A stretch of 35,603 nt of DNA, taken from an uncultured virus (IMG/VR IMGVR_UViG_3300005663_000039) (Duplodnaviria > Heunggongvirae > Uroviricota > Caudoviricetes). The notes under the pieces were generated by a model. It had not been told where the DNA came from. It saw nothing but the letters and a program-made list of their open reading frames with translations, and searched no databases. The stretch lies in IMG/VR virus record IMGVR_UViG_3300005663_000039. One strand, given 5' to 3'. The translations under genes and the position numbers were made by a program. This document shows positions 24,361-32,651 of this stretch, piece after piece; within the stretch, counting starts at the first letter, position 1, and each line of letters opens with the position of its first letter.

Positions 24361-25920
24361 ATGTCGAGAGAGCGCTTCGAGCGTCTCTTCCGCGGCAACG
24401 AGGACTGGTACGGGCAGTACGAGGCCGACCCCAAGACAGGGGCGAAGCTGAACGCCTACACCAAGGCCGGTCCCATCCCCGACGGGGCGTGGGACCGGCA
24501 TCTGGCCGGGGACAAGACGGGCATCGGCATCGTACCGATCAGCGACGCGGGCACATGCCACTGGGGCTGCATCGACCTAGACGACGACGAGACGGACCAC
24601 GCGTCGCTCATCCAGGAGGTGGGCGTCCTCGGCCTGCCGTTCGTCATCTGTCGCTCCAAGAGCGGCGGCGCCCACCTGTTTCTGTTCTTCATGGAGCCGA
24701 TCAAGCCGGTCCACCTGCTCGCCAAGATGAAGCGGTGGAGCGAGCTGCTGGGGCTGACGAACCCAGCGGACGACGAGGGGAACGCCCCGCCCCTGGAATA
24801 CTTTCCCAAGCAGATCGCGCTCTCGCCCGGGCAGAAGGGCAACTGGCTCAACCTACCGTACTTCGGGAGCGACGACACCACCCGCTACTGCGTGGACGAG
24901 GCCGGCGAGGCGATGAGCCTCGAGGCGTTCCTCGATCACGCCGAGTCCATGCGGCTCACCGAGAACGAGCTGGACGTGCGTCAGGTCCAGCTGGGCGTCG
25001 ACCACGACGCCTTCTTCCTGGACGGGCCGCCCTGCCTCCAGACCCTACACCAAACGCAGATTGGCAAGGGCTCGCGGAACGGCGCCCTCCACAACATCGG
25101 GATCTTCCTCAAGCTGAAGTTCCCCGACAGCTGGGAGAAGGTCCTGGAGGACTACAACGAGAACAGCGGCGTGGTCACCCCGTCGCTCCCGGCCGACGAG
25201 ATCGAGAACATCGTCCGGAGCCTGACCCGGAGCGACTACGTCTACAAGTGCAAGGACGCGCCGATCGAGACGCTCTGCAAGAAGACGCTCTGCCGGAAGC
25301 GGGAGTTCGGGATCGAGCGCTTCAGCCGCGTCGCGGCCCGCGCCGCCTTCCCGCCGCTCGGCCGCCTGGTCAGCTTCGAGAACGGCCGCGACGACCCGCT
25401 ATACGAGCTGGAGCTGGCGGGCCGGCGGATGACGCTGACGCCCGACGAGCTGGGCTCCATGACCCTGTTCAAGCGTACGGCCTTCCGCAAGACGAAGATC
25501 CAGGTGCCCCAGCTCAAGAACGTGGACTGGGACACGAAGGTCCGCGACCTGATCGCCACCCACATCGTGGTGGAGGTGCCCGACGACGCCGGCCCGCTGG
25601 GCCAGTTCCTCCTGCGGCTGATGGAGTTCCTCATGCTGCGGATGAAGTCGGACACCGACGAGGACCTCCTGGACAACAAGCCCTGGGAGCACAAGGGCCG
25701 CGTCTACTTCCGCTCCCTCGCCCTCATCGAGTTCCTGGAGAACCGTCGCGCCCGGGACATGAACAGCGTCGGGATCTGGAGCGTCATCAGGAACGAGGGC
25801 GGCGGCTTCACGACCCTGAAGGTCGGCGGCGCGGACCTGGCCGTCTGGTGGATGCCGACGCCCACCAAGGAGCAGACCCAGGACTACAAGGAGAAGGGAC
25901 ATGACGGACCTGATTTTTGA
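24361..25920 (+). CDS. Archaeo-eukaryotic (AEP) primase with PriCT-like domain
   Basis: WGCIDLD (DxD), RSKSGGAHL, EYFPKQ...NLPY, GPPCL...RN. Confidence 0.85.
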   Translation: MSRERFERLFRGNEDWYGQYEADPKTGAKLNAYTKAGPIPDGAWDRHLAGDKTGIGIVPISDAGTCHWGCIDLDDDETDHASLIQEVGVLGLPFVICRSKSGGAHLFLFFMEPIKPVHLLAKMKRWSELLGLTNPADDEGNAPPLEYFPKQIALSPGQKGNWLNLPYFGSDDTTRYCVDEAGEAMSLEAFLDHAESMRLTENELDVRQVQLGVDHDAFFLDGPPCLQTLHQTQIGKGSRNGALHNIGIFLKLKFPDSWEKVLEDYNENSGVVTPSLPADEIENIVRSLTRSDYVYKCKDAPIETLCKKTLCRKREFGIERFSRVAARAAFPPLGRLVSFENGRDDPLYELELAGRRMTLTPDELGSMTLFKRTAFRKTKIQVPQLKNVDWDTKVRDLIATHIVVEVPDDAGPLGQFLLRLMEFLMLRMKSDTDEDLLDNKPWEHKGRVYFRSLALIEFLENRRARDMNSVGIWSVIRNEGGGFTTLKVGGADLAVWWMPTPTKEQTQDYKEKGHDGPDF

Positions 25921-26104
25921 GGCATTCATAGCCGCGGTCGTGGTGGTCGTCGGCCTGCTGATCGCCATCAGCGTGATCATCATACAGACGCTCCGGTCCG
26001 TCGAGATCGGCGACCAGCTGTGGCTGCCCTTGACGGCCGACGAGTACATGGCCCTGGACGACGCGGTCGTCGAGGCGGTCGGGCGAGAGCAGCGCGACCG
26101 ATGA
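25901..26104 (+). CDS. Small membrane protein
   Basis: N-terminal hydrophobic helix; RBS. Confidence 0.6.
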   Translation: MTDLIFEAFIAAVVVVVGLLIAISVIIIQTLRSVEIGDQLWLPLTADEYMALDDAVVEAVGREQRDR

Positions 26105-26190
26105 CCAGGTCGCTCATCAACTTCGCGGCCGCGCTGTTCACGTTCGTGGTGGCCGTGCTCGACCTCTGGAAGGAGTGGCGCGACCAATGA
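26101..26190 (+). CDS. 29-aa hydrophobic peptide
   Basis: ATGA overlaps at both ends; MTRSLINFAAALFTFVVAVLDLWKEWRDQ. Confidence 0.55.
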   Translation: MTRSLINFAAALFTFVVAVLDLWKEWRDQ

Positions 26191-27698
26191 ACCAGGTGAC
26201 CAAGATCTTCGGCCCGCCGGGCACGGGGAAGACAACCACGCTCCTCAACCTTCTCGAAGAGGCGCTAGAAGAAGGCACTCCCCCTGAACGAGTCGCCTAC
26301 GTCACGTTCACCACGAAGGCCCGCCGCGAGGCGGTCAGCCGGACGGTCGAGCGGTTCGGGTTCACCGAGGAGCAGATGCCGTTCTTCCGGACGCTGCACT
26401 CCATCGCCTACCGGGAGCTGGAGGTCAGCGGCCCGATGATGATCCACCACGGCGAGCTGCGAGAGTTCTCGGAGCTGATCGGCATGGAGATGACGGGGCC
26501 GAGCCGCGCCACGGAGTCCGGTCTGACCATGACCAACGGCAACCTCCGCGGCGACCGGTTCCTGACGTTCGACCACCTCCGCCGGCACCGCGGTCAGACG
26601 ATCGAGGAGGGCTATCGCGGGTGGCGCGAGGACGAGGACCTCTTCATCACCCGGCACTTCTGCGAGACCTACGCGAGGTGGAAGACGGACGAGGGGCTGC
26701 TCGACTTCACCGACCTCCTGATCAACGTCGAGGGCCCGCTGCCGGTGGACGTCGTCCTCGTGGACGAGGCCCAGGACCTGAGCTGGCTCCAGTGGCGCAC
26801 GCTGGAGCGGCTCGCGGCCGACGCCGAGAGGGTGTACGTGGCGGGCGACGACGACCAGGCGATCTTCGCCTGGGCGGGCGCCGAGCCCGAGGAGCTGCTG
26901 ACGCTGCAGGGGGAGGTCGAGGTGCTCGGCCAGAGCTACCGCGTCCCCGCCGCGGTTCACGAGCTGGCCGGCCAGATGGTCAGCCGCATCCGGCGCCGGC
27001 AGCCCAAGGAGTGGAAGCCCCGCGACGAGGCCGGCGAGGTCCGCTGGCTGATGAGCCAGGAGAACGTGGACTACGACCGCGAGGGCTCGTACCTGGTGCT
27101 GTACCGGAACCACTACCTCGGCCAGGCGGTCGAGGCGCGCCTGCGGAGCGAGGGCGTCCCCTTCGGCCACGGCCAGCGGCCGACCGTCGGCGGCGCCTGG
27201 TCGCACCCCATCGTGCTGTGGGAGAGCCTGCGGAAGCAGGGCCGCGTCTCGCCCGCCCAGCTGCACGAGGTCTACGAGGCGATGACCGTGGGCCGCGGCG
27301 TCTCCCTGGACGCTCGCGCCCGGCTGGAGCGATGCGAGCGCGAGAAGGTGGACCTGGACACGGCACGGGAGGAGCTGGGCCTGCTCACGGACGAGCCGTG
27401 GTTCGAGGCGCTGGACAAGATCCCCGACGACGAGGTCAGCTACATCCGGCGGGTGGTCCGGCACCACGGGGCCAAGGCGCTGACGGACGCCCCCAAGGTC
27501 TTCCTCTCGACGATCCACGCGGCCAAGGGCGGCCAGGCCGATCACGTCGTCCTCCTGACCGACCTGAGCCGGGTGATCCAGCGCGAGATCCAGCGCGAGC
27601 CGGACCACGAGCGACGCGTCTTCTACGTCGGCCTGACCAGAGCGAAAGAAACCCTTCAGCTCATCGGCTTCGACAACCCCCTATTCTCTCATCACTGA
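26187..27698 (+). CDS. UvrD/Rep superfamily 1 helicase
   Basis: GPPGTGKT, VDEAQD, GDDDQAIF, QSYR, STIHAAKG, YVGLTRAK. Confidence 0.94.
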   Translation: MNQVTKIFGPPGTGKTTTLLNLLEEALEEGTPPERVAYVTFTTKARREAVSRTVERFGFTEEQMPFFRTLHSIAYRELEVSGPMMIHHGELREFSELIGMEMTGPSRATESGLTMTNGNLRGDRFLTFDHLRRHRGQTIEEGYRGWREDEDLFITRHFCETYARWKTDEGLLDFTDLLINVEGPLPVDVVLVDEAQDLSWLQWRTLERLAADAERVYVAGDDDQAIFAWAGAEPEELLTLQGEVEVLGQSYRVPAAVHELAGQMVSRIRRRQPKEWKPRDEAGEVRWLMSQENVDYDREGSYLVLYRNHYLGQAVEARLRSEGVPFGHGQRPTVGGAWSHPIVLWESLRKQGRVSPAQLHEVYEAMTVGRGVSLDARARLERCEREKVDLDTAREELGLLTDEPWFEALDKIPDDEVSYIRRVVRHHGAKALTDAPKVFLSTIHAAKGGQADHVVLLTDLSRVIQREIQREPDHERRVFYVGLTRAKETLQLIGFDNPLFSHH

Positions 27699-27708
27699 GG
27701 TAGCGATC

Positions 27709-27870
27709 ATGGCGTTCTACCTGGTGAGGTTACTGGATACGTGTCAAGCGTCCGGCTGTCTCAGGCAGGCTACCTACGAGGTCCGGAGCAGCGGGACCGT
27801 CTCGTACGGATGTTTCTGTAAAAGACACGCTGAACAGAAGAAGAAGCTGCTCGAAAAGGCCCCGAGATGA
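27709..27870 (+). CDS. Small zinc-finger protein (53 aa)
   Basis: GAGGT RBS; CQASGC...FCKRH; ATGA overlap with the next gene. Confidence 0.6.
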   Translation: MAFYLVRLLDTCQASGCLRQATYEVRSSGTVSYGCFCKRHAEQKKKLLEKAPR

Positions 27871-28967
27871 ACGCGCTCGGAATATATATTTTTGGAGGCG
27901 GTTTTTCCATCGGCATGCGCGCCGCCGGGTTCGACGTGCTGGGCCATCTCGAGGACGGCCCGTTCGGCGTGGACACGGTCCGGCAGAACATGCCCGGTAT
28001 CGAGGTCCACACGAACCCGGAGACGTGGCCCTTCGACGCGTACCGCGGCCGCGGCGTGAAGGTGGTGTTCTGCAACCCGCCCTGCGCCCCGTGGTCGGGC
28101 GCCGGCATCCGACCCAAGCGGATGATCGACCACGACTTCAAGGACAACTATCGTCACGACCCCCGGGTCAGCTGCGTCTACAACGCCTTCGACGCCATCC
28201 GGTACCTGCGCCCGTCGGTCTGGTGCTGGGAGTCCGTGCAGGGCGCCTTCCACCGGGGACGCGAGCTGTGTGACGAGCTGGCCGAGGAGGCGGTGGAGCT
28301 GGGCTACTCCGTGAGCTACGTCCTCCTGAACGGCGTCCACGTCGGGCTGCCCCAGCAGCGCCGCCGGTTCTTCTTCGTGGCGCACCGCGTCAAGATCGAC
28401 TGGGAGTACCCTCACCTGGAGCCTGACCAGCAGGTCTCGGTCACGCGGGCCTGGCGAGCGGCCGGTCTCCTCAGGTGTCGCGCCCACGTCGCCTTCCGTC
28501 ACATGGAGAGCGCCGGGGATCGGGCGATGATGGAGGGCTGTCCGCCGGGCCAGGCGCTCCGGCTCCACTGGGAGGCGAAGATGCGCGCCACCGTCGGGCC
28601 CGAGGAGACCTGGCCCCGCAACAAGCTGGGCGCCGTCATCGGTCGGCCCGCGTTCACGTACCGACGTCTGCGGCCGAACGTGCCGTGCAAGACCATGATG
28701 GGCGGCACCCACCTCGTTCATCCCACCGAGGACCGCTGGCTCAGCGTCAAGGAGTCGCAGGTCCTCTGCGGCTATCCCGTGGACTACGAGTTCTCGCCGC
28801 CCACGCCCGAGGCGTGCTACCCAGAGGTGGCGCAGGCGGTGCTGCCGACCGTCGGCGAGTGGCTGGGCCACAACCTTCGCCGAGCCGTGGAACGCGGCCG
28901 GCGTCAACGCGGTCGGCGGTTCGTCGTCGACCTGGAGAAGGACCACACTGAGGAGATCATCACGTGA
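27867..28967 (+). CDS. DNA cytosine-C5 methyltransferase-like enzyme with atypical cofactor motifs
   Basis: PPC (IV), WESV (VI), PQQRRRFF (VIII), RWLSVKES...GYP (IX); motif I YIFGGG, motif X AQAV. Confidence 0.87.
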   Translation: MNALGIYIFGGGFSIGMRAAGFDVLGHLEDGPFGVDTVRQNMPGIEVHTNPETWPFDAYRGRGVKVVFCNPPCAPWSGAGIRPKRMIDHDFKDNYRHDPRVSCVYNAFDAIRYLRPSVWCWESVQGAFHRGRELCDELAEEAVELGYSVSYVLLNGVHVGLPQQRRRFFFVAHRVKIDWEYPHLEPDQQVSVTRAWRAAGLLRCRAHVAFRHMESAGDRAMMEGCPPGQALRLHWEAKMRATVGPEETWPRNKLGAVIGRPAFTYRRLRPNVPCKTMMGGTHLVHPTEDRWLSVKESQVLCGYPVDYEFSPPTPEACYPEVAQAVLPTVGEWLGHNLRRAVERGRRQRGRRFVVDLEKDHTEEIIT

Positions 28968-29695
28968 CCAACTTCGATTCCATTTACCGGATGCACCAGC
29001 ACCACCGCCTGCCGATCGAGACGGGCCCCACGTTCCTGTCCACGACCGACCAGCTCTTTCGGTCGGGCTTCATGCGCGAGGAGCTGCTGGAGTTCGACGC
29101 GGCCTGCCAGCGGGACGACCTGCCCGAGGCGGCAGACGCGCTGATCGACCTGGTGGTCGTGGCCATGGGCACCGCCGTGATGATGGGCCTCCCCTGGCAC
29201 GCGCTCTGGGCCGACGTCCAGCGAGCCAACATGTCGAAGGAGCGCGTGGTCAGCGAGCGCGCCTACGGCGGGTTCGACCTGGGCAAGCCCGAGGGCTGGG
29301 AGCCGCCGCGCTCGGCGCGCATCATCGACCGGGCCGTAGCGAGCGGCGTCCCCGCGCCGGTCTACTCGGCCGGGCCCAGGATCGTGTGCCTCTGCGGGTC
29401 CACGAAGTTCAAGGAGGCCTACGCTCGCTGGAACCGGCACTTCACCCTCGCGGGCTTCATGGTGCTCAGCGTGGGGTTCTTCTCCCACGCTGACGAGGAG
29501 GACGTGGACGCCACCACGAAGGCGGAGCTGGACCAGCTCCACCTACACAAGATCGACCTGGCTGACGAGGTGGGCGTCGTTAACGTGGGCGGCTACGTGG
29601 GCTCGTCCACCCAGGCCGAGATCGACTACGCCCGCTCACGAGGCAAGCCCGTGACGTTCCTAGAAAAGGAGACGACAGATGCTGACGATAGTTGA
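28964..29695 (+). CDS. MazG/DR2231-like dNTP pyrophosphatase fused to a nucleoside 2-deoxyribosyltransferase-like domain
   Basis: EELLE...DALID...ANMSK...KPEGWEPP; then VCLCGSTKF...KIDLAD...GYVGSSTQAEIDYA...GKPV. Confidence 0.85.
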   Translation: MTNFDSIYRMHQHHRLPIETGPTFLSTTDQLFRSGFMREELLEFDAACQRDDLPEAADALIDLVVVAMGTAVMMGLPWHALWADVQRANMSKERVVSERAYGGFDLGKPEGWEPPRSARIIDRAVASGVPAPVYSAGPRIVCLCGSTKFKEAYARWNRHFTLAGFMVLSVGFFSHADEEDVDATTKAELDQLHLHKIDLADEVGVVNVGGYVGSSTQAEIDYARSRGKPVTFLEKETTDADDS

Positions 29696-30578
29696 AGGCC
29701 CCGACGGCGCCGGTAAGAGCACGTTGGCCGACGACCTGGCCTACCGCTGGATCGGCGTCAACCGCCACCATCAGGGACCGTACCATCAGAACGTGTTGAC
29801 CGAGACGCTGGGCGCGATGTCCCGGAACCTGTACCAGCAGTCGCACGTGCTCTGCGACCGGCTCCACCTGGGCGAGCGGATCTACGGCCCGGTCTTCCGG
29901 CAGCACGACATGCTCGGCGACGACGGTCAGCGCGTGCTGGAGCGCGCCCTCCTCGGCCTGGGCGGCGTGGTCCAGGTCGTCTGCTACCCGCCCTACGACC
30001 CGCACGTCCGGGACGCGTGGCTGGCTCGCGAGCAGCTGGAGATGCTCGACACCCTCGACCAGCTGGAGTGGGTCTACCGGCTCTACAAGACGCAGGGGTC
30101 GATGCTGCCCACGACCACGTACGACTGGACCCGTCACACGGTGGAGCGGCTGTGTGACGACCTGGTCACGATCCGCTCGCCCGGCAACCACGGCCCGGGC
30201 GTCGGCTGGTTCGAGCACACCTCCGTCCTGCTCGTCGGCGAGCGGGCCAACGGGATCAACGTCAACCTGCCGGGCCCGCCGCTCCCGTTCGTCAGCACCA
30301 ACGGCTGCAGCGCGTGGCTCTCCGAGAAGCTGACCGGCGTGGACGAGCGCTGGCTGTACTGGGTCAACGCCCTCAGGCCGGACGGCCAGCCCGAGGACCC
30401 CAGCTTCATCGAGCGGCTGAACCCCCTCGGGATCATCGGGCTGGGCAAGGTGGCCCAGGACTGGCTGACGTCCCACGGCTTCGAGCACGAGCCCATGGAC
30501 CACCCTCAGTTCGCCAAGCGCTTCCATCACGGCGAGCCCTACCCCATCAAGGAGGCCATCGATGCCCTTCGTCGCTGA
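29679..30578 (+). CDS. Thymidylate-kinase-like P-loop NMP kinase fused to a uracil-DNA-glycosylase-superfamily domain
   Basis: IVEGPDGAGKST, DRLHLGERIYG; then LLVGER...PF...VN...IIGLGKVA...HP. Confidence 0.8.
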   Translation: MLTIVEGPDGAGKSTLADDLAYRWIGVNRHHQGPYHQNVLTETLGAMSRNLYQQSHVLCDRLHLGERIYGPVFRQHDMLGDDGQRVLERALLGLGGVVQVVCYPPYDPHVRDAWLAREQLEMLDTLDQLEWVYRLYKTQGSMLPTTTYDWTRHTVERLCDDLVTIRSPGNHGPGVGWFEHTSVLLVGERANGINVNLPGPPLPFVSTNGCSAWLSEKLTGVDERWLYWVNALRPDGQPEDPSFIERLNPLGIIGLGKVAQDWLTSHGFEHEPMDHPQFAKRFHHGEPYPIKEAIDALRR

Positions 30579-31803
30579 CTTCGAGGTCGACAGCCTGACG
30601 GACAGCTACGCCGCGATCGTACGCAAGGTCCTAGATGAGGGCGACGAGGTCTCACCCCGAGGCCTCAGGACCCGGGAGCTACGAGGCGTGACCATTCTGA
30701 TTCACGACCCCTCACGCGTCGTGCCGATCGGGACGGGGCGTAAGCTACGACTAGAGATCGGCGCCGCCGAGTCGGTACAGCTGATAGCCGGGCTCTCAGA
30801 CGCAGCCCAGCTGATCTCGATCACGAAGAACTTCACACAGTTCGTTGAGAGTGACCGTCTGCGCGGCGCCTACGGTCCCCGCACCTACGAGCAGTTTCCC
30901 CGACTCATCGAGCTGCTGGGACGAGACCCCGACACGCGTCAAGCCTGCGCGTTGATCTGGCGCCCGTGGGACAACAGGCTACCGTCCAAGGACATTCCCT
31001 GTACGCTCCAGTTTCAGTTCTTCATCAGGAACGGCCGACTCGACATGATCGCTACGATGCGGTCAAACGACGTCTTCTGGGGCCTGCCCTACGACGCCTG
31101 GATGTTCACAAACCTTCAACATGCAGTGGCCTACGCCCTGGCGGTTGACGTCGGTTGGTACCTGCATCAAACGGGAAGCCTACACGCCTACGTAGATCGT
31201 GACCTGGACGCGCTAAACGCGCTCCACGAGCCAAGCCGCGCCGAGGACTTACCGCCCATGTTCGTCGTACCTCGTCGTCTTCAGGTGGACAGCGGTGACC
31301 GCGCCGAGCAGCGGTGGGCGCGGGTAGTCAGATGGGCGAGAACCGCGGCCGGCGTGCCCGGGAGAAAAGGGAGCATGAGCACCAACCTCCCAGCCTCAGC
31401 GCGATGGTATCAAGACCAGCTTCAACCTCATCACTCTGACGGACTGTTGTGTAACACCTGCAGGTACGTGCTGCCGCGTACCGATGAGCACTACTGGCAG
31501 GGACACCAGACCGCCTCATCTCACCGATGTCGACGATGCTCGATCCTGATCAAGTACGACCTGGGGCCAGACGACTATCAACTACTTCTGCTGAGTCAAA
31601 ACGGCCTCTGCGGGATCTGCCAACGTGACGACCGTAGGTTGGTGATCGACCACGATCACCGAACCGGGGAGGTGCGCGGCCTCCTGTGTCGCGGGTGTAA
31701 CGTCTCGCTCGGTATGCTCGACGACGGGGCTTTCCTTCAGGCGGCACAGACGTATCTTCAAGCCACCCAGACAGCAGAGATAAAACAAGGAGGAGAACGA
31801 TGA
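30562..31803 (+). CDS. Thymidylate-synthase-fold (d)CMP hydroxymethylase/methylase-like enzyme fused to endonuclease VII
   Basis: GAYGPR, DTRQA, DIPC (C147), MRSNDVFWGLPYD (D178), GSLHAY; C-terminal QNGLCGIC...IDHDH..GEVRGLLCRGCN. Confidence 0.87.
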   Translation: MPFVADFEVDSLTDSYAAIVRKVLDEGDEVSPRGLRTRELRGVTILIHDPSRVVPIGTGRKLRLEIGAAESVQLIAGLSDAAQLISITKNFTQFVESDRLRGAYGPRTYEQFPRLIELLGRDPDTRQACALIWRPWDNRLPSKDIPCTLQFQFFIRNGRLDMIATMRSNDVFWGLPYDAWMFTNLQHAVAYALAVDVGWYLHQTGSLHAYVDRDLDALNALHEPSRAEDLPPMFVVPRRLQVDSGDRAEQRWARVVRWARTAAGVPGRKGSMSTNLPASARWYQDQLQPHHSDGLLCNTCRYVLPRTDEHYWQGHQTASSHRCRRCSILIKYDLGPDDYQLLLLSQNGLCGICQRDDRRLVIDHDHRTGEVRGLLCRGCNVSLGMLDDGAFLQAAQTYLQATQTAEIKQGGER

Positions 31804-32651
31804 ATCAGATGGCGACTGACGCCCTCGGCGAGAAGGTCGACGTGGGCACCCACGGATACGTCCAGCTCGTGGACGTGATGGGCGACGACGACCGGGTGGT
31901 GGACGCCGCCCGCATCAGCTACGGGAGGCACGGCGAGCGAGACGAGGCGGGTGACCGCCGCCTCCTGCGCTACATGATGCGGCACCACCACACGACGCCC
32001 TTCGAGCAGTGCGAGATGGTCTTCATCGTCAAGGTCCCGATGGACACCTGGCGCCAGTGGATCCGGCACCGAACGGCCAGCGTCAACGAGTACTCGACGC
32101 GGTATACCGCGGCGATCGACGACACGGCCGTGACGGCGCCTGACGCCTGGCGGCTCCAGAGCCAGGCGAACAGGCAGGGCTCGGATCAGGGCGTGGCGTC
32201 GAACGTCGGCGAGCGGCTGAGCCAGGAGGAGGTGGCCTTCCAGCAACGAGCGCGGTGGATATATAAGAGCCGGCTTGACGCGGGCGTGGCCCGAGAGCAG
32301 GCGCGGAAGGACCTGCCGCTCTCGACCTACACCCTGGCGTTCTGGAAGATCGACGTCCACAACCTCATGCACTTCCTGGGGCTGCGCCTGGACAGCCACG
32401 CCCAGGAGGAGATCCGCGAGTACGCCAACGTGGTCCTCTACTTCTTTCACCTGGCGTTCCCCACGATCAGCGACGCCTTCCACGACTACCGTACCGCGGC
32501 GGTCACGTTCAGCCGAACGGAGCTGCTGGCGCTGCGCGGCCTGGTGCTCACGCCCAACTGGAGCCTGGCGCGAGACGAGGTGCGGGAGTACGGCCTGGAG
32601 GGGCGCGAGGCCGACGAGTTCCTGGCCAAGCTGGAGGCGATCCGTGGCTGA
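31800..32651 (+). CDS. thyX: FAD-dependent thymidylate synthase
   Basis: AARISY, HTTPFE, RHRTASVNEYSTRY signature, AREQAR, HAQEEIR. Confidence 0.96.
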   Translation: MNQMATDALGEKVDVGTHGYVQLVDVMGDDDRVVDAARISYGRHGERDEAGDRRLLRYMMRHHHTTPFEQCEMVFIVKVPMDTWRQWIRHRTASVNEYSTRYTAAIDDTAVTAPDAWRLQSQANRQGSDQGVASNVGERLSQEEVAFQQRARWIYKSRLDAGVAREQARKDLPLSTYTLAFWKIDVHNLMHFLGLRLDSHAQEEIREYANVVLYFFHLAFPTISDAFHDYRTAAVTFSRTELLALRGLVLTPNWSLARDEVREYGLEGREADEFLAKLEAIRG

